Source: an uncultured Acidobacteriota bacterium
GTDB lineage: Bacteria; Acidobacteriota; Thermoanaerobaculia; Gp7-AA8
NCBI GenBank assembly: GCA_963741955.1
Contig: CAVUKB010000007.1
Span: 704,001-768,000, forward strand
Direction: 5' to 3'
DNA length: 64,000 nt
Part shown: positions 57,739-64,000 of the stretch, piece by piece
Numbering within the stretch: the stretch's first letter is position 1
How the letters are laid out: every line of letters begins with the position of its first letter
Position numbers and translations under genes: made by a program
The notes under the pieces: generated by a model
Seen by the model: the letters and a program-made list of their open reading frames with translations, nothing else
The model's database searches: none
What the model was told of the DNA's origin: nothing

Positions 57739-58134
57739 CTATCGGGGCGACGCCACGACTGCGATCCCGCTGATCTCGATCAGGACTCCGTGCAGCGAGG
57801 CGCCGAGAGTCGTGCGCGTCGGATACGGCGGACGGAGGATCTCGCGGTAGACGGTGTCGAACCGGTCCCAGTCGCCGATATCCGAGAGGTAGACAGTGAC
57901 CGCGACGAGATCGCCGAGGGATCCACCTCCAGCCTCGAGCGTCCGCTGGATGTTTCGCAACACGCCACGGGTCTGGCTTTCGAGATCATCGCCGAGGAGC
58001 GCCCCCGAGTCGGGGTCACGGGGAACGTGACCGGAGAGGAAGAGAAGAGATCCGGCTCGGATTGCACGCGAATACGCGCCGGCGGGGCCAGGATCATCGT
58101 TGCCGAGTGTGACCGGCTGCCATCGTTCAGTCAT
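57739..58134 (-). CDS. RidA/YjgF-family enamine deaminase
   Basis: GAYSRA, LSG, L.AGG...LV..TVYL, PTRT, IEI. Confidence 0.9.
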   Translation of the reverse strand: MTERWQPVTLGNDDPGPAGAYSRAIRAGSLLFLSGHVPRDPDSGALLGDDLESQTRGVLRNIQRTLEAGGGSLGDLVAVTVYLSDIGDWDRFDTVYREILRPPYPTRTTLGASLHGVLIEISGIAVVASPR

Positions 58135-59047
58135 TGTGGTCCTCTCCGATCTCGAGCCATCCTTCGCCCATCACCACCGAGCTCCCGCCGACCCGGATCC
58201 CGGTGACCTCTCCGCCGGCGAGATCCGCCGCGAGGTCGAGACGGCTGGGGCGCCCCATCTCGATGCCCTGCTCGATCTTCCACTGCAACGTTCCGTTCTC
58301 ACGACCGTCGAGAAGTGCGAGATATCCCGCGAAGACCGTTGCTGCTGCGCCGGTTGCGGGATCTTCCGCGATTCCCATCGACGGAGCGTACATCCGGACG
58401 CGGTAGTCGACGTCGCCGCCCATTTGCGTGACGAGGTAGAGATCTTCCGCCCAGCTTCCCTCGAGCCGGCGTTGCCAGGCGGCGGAGTCGACCCGGCTCT
58501 TCGCGAGCGCGGCGGGAGAGTTCAGAGCCACCACCAGAAACGGGACACCGCAGGAAACTGCGGCCGCGGGGATCGACGGGTCGATCTCGTCCGGCTGGAT
58601 CGAGAGAATCCGCGCGAGATCGTCGTTCGATGGAACGTCGCGACGGATCTCCGGCATCCGCGCCGCGCTCAGCTCCGTGTAGACGGGCCTGCCGGCGTCG
58701 TCGAATCGGATCTTCACTGGAACCGGTCCGACACCCTCTTCGAACACGATCCGGAGCTCGTCTCCGCCGGACGTCACGTCACCGATCGCGGCGAGAAGGA
58801 ACGCCGTGCCGACCGTCGGATGTCCGGCGAAAGGGAGCTCCGCGGCGGGGGTGAAGATTCGCAGCCGCCTGGTGTGCTTCGGTGAATCCGGAGGGAGAAC
58901 GAAGACCGTCTCCGAGAGGTTCAGCTCCTTCGCGATCTTCGGCATCGCGTCGATGGGGATCGACGCGGCATCCGGGAAGACTGCGAGAGGGTTGCCTCCG
59001 AAGCGGCGGTCGGTGAAAACGTCGAGGGTGTAGTAGTGCGCACGCAT
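58127..59047 (-). CDS. PhzF-family isomerase
   Basis: DVFT...[44 protein letters not shown]. Confidence 0.95.
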   Translation of the reverse strand: MRAHYYTLDVFTDRRFGGNPLAVFPDAASIPIDAMPKIAKELNLSETVFVLPPDSPKHTRRLRIFTPAAELPFAGHPTVGTAFLLAAIGDVTSGGDELRIVFEEGVGPVPVKIRFDDAGRPVYTELSAARMPEIRRDVPSNDDLARILSIQPDEIDPSIPAAAVSCGVPFLVVALNSPAALAKSRVDSAAWQRRLEGSWAEDLYLVTQMGGDVDYRVRMYAPSMGIAEDPATGAAATVFAGYLALLDGRENGTLQWKIEQGIEMGRPSRLDLAADLAGGEVTGIRVGGSSVVMGEGWLEIGEDHND

Positions 59048-59174
59048 GACAGGGAGAGCGTATCGCACAATGACCGCCTCCCGTGATGGGGGGAAAAGGC
59101 GGCCGGGTCACGTCTGAAGCTGCCTTTCGAGGCGTTTCGCGACTCGACCGCCGGTCCACCTCAGGGGACCAGGA

Positions 59175-59546
59175 TCAGACTTCCTCGCGCTTCGCACTCG
59201 CGAGTGCGCTCATGGTCGCGAAGATCGTCACGAGCACACCGGCAATGATGCTGTTTGCAAGGAGCATCGGATCGTCGAAGTAGCCGAGGACGAATGGCGC
59301 GAGGATCAGCCAGATTCCCGCCGCGATCGTCACCCATCCGAGCCAGGCGTCGCGAAACAGTCCGAACGCCGGGATGGCTGAGAAGATGGTGATCACGATT
59401 CCGACGATCGCGTTGTTGCTCGTCGCGCCGAGATGCCACTTCTGGTAGCCGAGAATGTAGGGACTGGAGAAAAGCCAGATTCCGATCAGAAGCTCGATTC
59501 CGCTGCCGATCGCGATCCGATTGCTGCGAGAGAGTGCCTGCGCCAT
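59175..59546 (-). CDS. SPW-repeat membrane protein
   Basis: GIWLFSSPYILGY and GIWLILAPFVLGY repeats; AGAGGAGG RBS. Confidence 0.85.
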   Translation of the reverse strand: MAQALSRSNRIAIGSGIELLIGIWLFSSPYILGYQKWHLGATSNNAIVGIVITIFSAIPAFGLFRDAWLGWVTIAAGIWLILAPFVLGYFDDPMLLANSIIAGVLVTIFATMSALASAKREEV

Positions 59547-59697
59547 GTTGCCTCCTCTTTCTCCTGCTGAAAGATGCAAGATGTGTGCAGCGGGCGCGGC
59601 ATTGGCGTGCCTGAGCCCGATTCGGCGGCGAGATCCTGTCGGGGATGCCGGCGTTCCTCGTGCGTGGTGCGAGCGTCTCGCTCGCATGGCGCCAGTT

Positions 59698-59990
59698 CGC
59701 ATTTCTCACACCATCTCTGCCGCGCAGACTCCTAGGAGCAATGGCCCGAACTTAAGGGGCACTGCCGGTGTTCGCAGAGCAGATGCGCGGAGTTACTGCG
59801 CATCTGCCGCAGGTGTCGTCTCGTTGCGTTCTGAAGGCGATCTGCGCGGCCACGGCGGGAGCCGTGGCGCCCCTCGGAGAGGGGATCCTTCGCTGCCCAG
59901 CGTGCTCGCGCCGACTCCCGGCTGACACGCGGATTTTGCTTAAGAAGTTCGGGCCCTCGGGCCAGGAGTGCGGATTTGCAATCCGCCGCG
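59698..59990. repeat. Composite of MITE ends, an inverted-repeat element and a REP
   Basis: GCATTTCTCACACCATCTC (MITE TIR) fused to GCGCAGACTCCTAG; GGCCCGAACTT (59743)...AAGTTCGGGCC (59955) inverted; GGAGTGCGGATTTGCAATCCGCC at 59965. Confidence 0.7.
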
Positions 59991-60171
59991 CAGATCATGG
60001 CGAGAAAGCGGATCGGCGCATCACCAGCGACGTGTCAGAAGCGGCAGGAACGTTCGTCAGTGCGAAGAACGGGATCCCAGGGCCGGATCCCTCCGCGCGT
60101 GATCAGGAGCGCAGGCCGTGAAAGCCTGCGCTCCTCGGTTTGATTGCTGCGTTTGTCGTATCTGACACCGG

Positions 60172-62421
60172 CTACTTCATCATCTCCGTCGCCTTCCGGA
60201 TCTCGGCCGTGAACGCATCCAGCGTCTCGGCGACCGTATCGATTCCGGCGGCGGCCTTCTTCCACTCTCGCTGCTCGATCGATTCGCGAATCGCGGGAAG
60301 AGTCTTCACGCCGTATCCGGTGTAGAACCCCGGAGCGTAGATCTGGTGGCGGAACCAGGGACGTCCCTCCAGTCCCTCCGGCCGGGTCAGGGTACGTTCG
60401 CTCGTGTAGAGCACCTGATCGAGCTTCTCGAGAAGGGCGGCCGGTGGGACATTCGCCTGCGCATCGAACTTCGCCGCTCTCTTCTGGTACGCGTCCGCGG
60501 CGTCGCGAAGCCGCACCACGGCATTCTGCAGCGGTGCGAAGTTCAGATACGGCACCGGATCCTTCGGTGCCGGGGCGACGTACGTTTTGGTCGGATCGGA
60601 GACCGCGGCGAGCGTCCCATCCTCGATCAGCTTGTTCTGCTCGATCGTCTCTTCCCGCATCCTGTCGGCGAGCTTCGACACTTCGTTCGCATAGCGCTGC
60701 ACGGTATCGGCGAAGTTCGAGAACCCGAAAGGAACGACGTCGGCGTTGGCGAGACGGAGCACTGCGCGCCCACCCGTCTTCGCGAGCGTGAGGCCGTACT
60801 CGAACGTCGGATCACCGAACCTCTTGTAGTGCTCGTATGAATCGTAGATCGAGTGGTAGTCGCCTCCGTCACTCTCGCCGCCGTATCCGATGTTCAGAGC
60901 GGCAATGCCGAGGTGCTGAAGAAACGGGGTGTAATCGGATCCCGAGCCGAGGGCGGAGATGGCGAGATCGGGCTGGCTGTGGAGGAGCTTCTTGTCCGCT
61001 TCGGAGGCTCCGACCAGGCGCCTGTCGCGAGCGCGCTCGAAGACGCTGATCTGTTTCTCCGGGTCGGTCACGTCGCGGGCGACGTCGTTGATGAAGTGCT
61101 CGAGTGTGTGTGAGCCGCCGACGTAGAGGAACCCGCGGTCATTCGAGTCCGAATTGATGTAGGCGACCGCGTGCTTCGCGAGCTCGGACGCATGCGTCTC
61201 GACCCATTCGGTCGACCCGATCAGGCCGGGCTCTTCGGCGTCCCACGCCGCGTAGATGATGGTGCGTTTCGGCTTCCATCCATTCTTCGCGAGTGCGCCG
61301 ATCGCTTTCGCCTCTTCGAGCATTGCCACCTGACCGCTGAGGGGATCGGCCGCACCGAACACCCATCCGTCGTGATGGTTCCCGCGGACCACCCATTCGT
61401 CCGGCCGCTCGGCGCCGCGCATCTTCGCGATGACGTCGTGGATGGTGACGGTGTTCCAGTTGGACGCGACTTTCAGGTGGACTTTCGCCGGGCCGGGGCC
61501 GACGTGGTACGTGATCGGGAGAGCGCCCCGCCACGATTCCGGCGCGACCGGTCCGTCCATCTGCCGGAGGATTCCGAGTGCGTCGGAGTAGGAGATGGGG
61601 AGGACGGGGATCTTCGTGAGCACGGGAGTGTCTTTCAGAGCGAGACGCTTCGCGTCCGGCGTCGCGCCGACTCCCGGGGTGAGCGGGTCACCCGGATAGA
61701 GCGGCATGTCTTCGACCGAGCCGCGCTGGACGCCGTTCTCGTTGCGCCACGACCCTTTCGGGTAGACGTCGCCTTCGAAGTAGCCGTCGTCCCGCGGGTC
61801 GGAGTAGATGATGCAGCCGAGTGCCCCGTGCTCCGCGGCGACTTTCGGTTTGATCCCGCGCCACGAGCCGCCGTAGCGGGCGACGACGATCTTTCCCTTC
61901 ACGTCGATTCCCATCTCGGCGAGCTTCTCGTAGTCCGCGGGGATGCCGTAGTTGACGTAGACGACGTCGGCGGTGACGTCGCCGTCCGCGGAGTACGCGT
62001 TGTACGGAGGGAGCATGTCCTCGCGCACGAGGGAGCTCGCGTCGTCACGGACCGGAGGCTCGTCGAGCTTCGCCGTGAAGCGTTCCGGAGAGACGACTTC
62101 GACCAGACGCTCCTTCGGTGTCGGAAAGAGCACCTGGAACTCCTCGATCGCCGTGTCGTAGCCCCACGAACGGAAGAGCGATGCGATGAAGTCGGCGTCC
62201 TCTTTCCCGTACGGCGATCCGGCGTGGTGCGGTTTCGCCGAGAGCCGTTTCATCCAGGCGTCGAGATCCTTCGCGTCGAGCGAGGAGTCGAACTTCGATT
62301 CGAGCTGCCGCTGGGCCGCCGCGTGGTTGCCGAGAAAGCCGGGCATCGGTTCGGAATCGGCGGCGAACAGCGGGAGGACGAGGGCGAGGGTGGAAAGCGC
62401 TGCAAGGGTGCGAAGTTTCAT
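60172..62421 (-). CDS. M28 peptidase (glutamate carboxypeptidase II-like; PA and TFR dimer domains)
   Basis: Signal peptide; YVNYG, GVQRGS, GNHHDGW..GAADP.SG, WDAEE.GLIGS.EW, GSGSD, YHS, RHQIYAPG. Confidence 0.95.
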   Translation of the reverse strand: MKLRTLAALSTLALVLPLFAADSEPMPGFLGNHAAAQRQLESKFDSSLDAKDLDAWMKRLSAKPHHAGSPYGKEDADFIASLFRSWGYDTAIEEFQVLFPTPKERLVEVVSPERFTAKLDEPPVRDDASSLVREDMLPPYNAYSADGDVTADVVYVNYGIPADYEKLAEMGIDVKGKIVVARYGGSWRGIKPKVAAEHGALGCIIYSDPRDDGYFEGDVYPKGSWRNENGVQRGSVEDMPLYPGDPLTPGVGATPDAKRLALKDTPVLTKIPVLPISYSDALGILRQMDGPVAPESWRGALPITYHVGPGPAKVHLKVASNWNTVTIHDVIAKMRGAERPDEWVVRGNHHDGWVFGAADPLSGQVAMLEEAKAIGALAKNGWKPKRTIIYAAWDAEEPGLIGSTEWVETHASELAKHAVAYINSDSNDRGFLYVGGSHTLEHFINDVARDVTDPEKQISVFERARDRRLVGASEADKKLLHSQPDLAISALGSGSDYTPFLQHLGIAALNIGYGGESDGGDYHSIYDSYEHYKRFGDPTFEYGLTLAKTGGRAVLRLANADVVPFGFSNFADTVQRYANEVSKLADRMREETIEQNKLIEDGTLAAVSDPTKTYVAPAPKDPVPYLNFAPLQNAVVRLRDAADAYQKRAAKFDAQANVPPAALLEKLDQVLYTSERTLTRPEGLEGRPWFRHQIYAPGFYTGYGVKTLPAIRESIEQREWKKAAAGIDTVAETLDAFTAEIRKATEMMK

Positions 62422-62597
62422 GCTTCCTCCTTGGACCGGAGAATTGTAGTCGATCGCAGAATCAGGCGTTCTGCGCAGGCGCGAAGGAGAGCGGGATCGT
62501 GGAGCGTCGGTGATCCGGTCATCGAGAGGAGCGCACCCGACGTCATGCGAATCGCGCGAATCCCCGTATACTTTCTCCTTCACGAAAGGAGGGGGCG

Positions 62598-63068
62598 ATG
62601 ATTCGCGGAACGATCGCCGTGATTGCTGGCTATGTGTCGATGGCTCTTTTCATCATGATCACGTTCAGTCTCACCTGGATGGTGGTGGGCTACCAGTTCG
62701 CGTTCAAGGCGGGAACGACCGACGTCACTCCGGGATGGATCGCGATCACTCTTCCGCTCGATCTGCTCGCGGCGGTTCTCGGCGGATGGATCGCGGTGAA
62801 GATCGCACGAGGCGAAGTCGCGCCGCGGGTCCTCGCGGGGATCGTTCTGGTTCTCGGCCTCACTCTGGCGTTCATCTCGCTCCGGCTCGTACATCCTGTC
62901 CCGCCGAAGCCGATCCCGCAGATCTCGACATTCGAGGCGGCGAGCTACGCGGTGGAGCCCGACTGGTATCAGTTCGCCGTTCCGTTCATCGGTGCGATCG
63001 GCGTCCTGATCGGGAGCCGGCTCGGAAGGCGGCGTTCGAAGGTCGAAGCACAACCTGCAGGGGCGTGA
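62598..63068 (+). CDS. Hypothetical membrane protein (4 TM)
   Basis: AAAGGAGG RBS; four hydrophobic segments. Confidence 0.75.
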   Translation: MIRGTIAVIAGYVSMALFIMITFSLTWMVVGYQFAFKAGTTDVTPGWIAITLPLDLLAAVLGGWIAVKIARGEVAPRVLAGIVLVLGLTLAFISLRLVHPVPPKPIPQISTFEAASYAVEPDWYQFAVPFIGAIGVLIGSRLGRRRSKVEAQPAGA

Positions 63069-63418
63069 GGCGGAATCGCTCCGCGGCTCGCGGGAATCGT
63101 ATCCACGAGGCGTTTCTCGTGGAAGGGCGCCACTCGTTGACCGCTGCTCGACGTTCAGGGGATCGCCTCGCGGCGCAGCGAGGTGCCGCCCCCTCATGGG
63201 GGCTCCGCACCTGAATTCCGGAACCCTGAACCTCCGCCTGACGGCGGAGGCTAAACAAAGTGACGCCCTTCGGGCTCGCGTGAATCGCTGTTCCCGAAAG
63301 AGTTCGAAATGCGGGCTTGGAGATCGGCAGTTTTGCTGCGACCGCAGACGACGCGGAGAACCGCGGATCGCATCCACGACGCATTTCGCGTGACTCGACA
63401 GGCTCGAGCGGAGCTACA

Positions 63419-64000
63419 TCAGTGCCCCGCGTACCAGTCGTATCCGCGTTCGGCCCAGAAATCAGGCGGGCGGATGTCGGTGTAGCGGATGGTCGCGATG
63501 CGCTTGATGTTCTTGATCCCGTACTTGACCGGAATGGCGAGACGGAGCGGCGCGCCGTGTTCCCAGGAGAGCGGCTGCCGATTGATCTCGTAGACCAGGA
63601 GAGTCTGAGGATGCAGAGCGCTCGCCATGTCGAGGCCGACGTAATAACCGCGTCCGGGAGTCTCCATCGCGACGTACCGGGCCAGATCGTTCCGGTTCTG
63701 CAGGTCGGGCCGCCGCCCGCTGCGTGATGCCGGAGGAAACTTCGCCATCACTTCCGAGAGCCTCGCTCCGGTCCAGTGCACGACCATGCTCCATCCCTCG
63801 ATGCATTTGAACTCGGTGACCATTTCGTGGCGCGGGAATCTTCGGATCTCGTCCAGGGTCAGGTCTGCGGTATCACCGCGCGGCATCCCCTCGATGCGCA
63901 GCCTCCAGTTCGAATGGTCCGCGTTTCGATCCAGCCCGAGGTGCCCGTTGATCCGCGGTCGTGCCGCGGCCCGTTCGAGCGGAAGCTCGGGAGCGAGCCG
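63419..64000 (-). CDS. Molybdopterin-dependent oxidoreductase (sulfite oxidase/MsrP-like), partial; 5' end beyond the window
   Basis: WRLRIEG, CIEGWS (Mo-ligand Cys), HPQTLL, HGAPLRL..P.KYG.K.IK, WAERGYDW. Confidence 0.88.
   Translation of the reverse strand, partial: RLAPELPLERAAARPRINGHLGLDRNADHSNWRLRIEGMPRGDTADLTLDEIRRFPRHEMVTEFKCIEGWSMVVHWTGARLSEVMAKFPPASRSGRRPDLQNRNDLARYVAMETPGRGYYVGLDMASALHPQTLLVYEINRQPLSWEHGAPLRLAIPVKYGIKNIKRIATIRYTDIRPPDFWAERGYDWYAGH

Overview
GC-rich bacterial chromosome segment. Gene content and the Ig-like secreted protein families suggest Acidobacteriota (Thermoanaerobaculia-like); this is inference. Most of the window is housekeeping: tRNA-Gln, dnaB, a parvulin PPIase, a lolD-clpC-bamA-skp-lpxD-fabZ-lpxA envelope cluster followed by a GnnA-like oxidoreductase, mtnP and a PfkB kinase, PFK, nadK, ubiX, a second clpX, comEA/pilin, a PilR-like regulator, M1/M28/M49 peptidases, rlpA, purB, ftsB, wzm/wzt and larE/larB. 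Four unexplained signals stand out. (1) A recurring 'S8 protease + secreted partner ending TNNxTQHVTL(V/I)TP' module occurs three times: once intact behind an AraC-type HTH, once as an unannotated orphan 51-aa protease C-terminus plus a frameshifted partner in direct tandem, and once as a truncated protease plus intact partner about 20 kb away. This resembles polymorphic toxin/immunity cassette arrays. (2) A coupled N6-adenine methyltransferase + SNF2 helicase pair with no recognisable nuclease sits between competence/pilus genes. (3) An MNT-HEPN toxin-antitoxin pair has both genes frameshifted. (4) There are several non-autonomous repeat families (GGAG-REP mosaics, a 178-bp MITE with a TTAG duplication, heptamer tracts) and a structured comEA leader exposing a perfect anti-16S sequence. 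No database searches were possible; all calls come from motifs read by eye.
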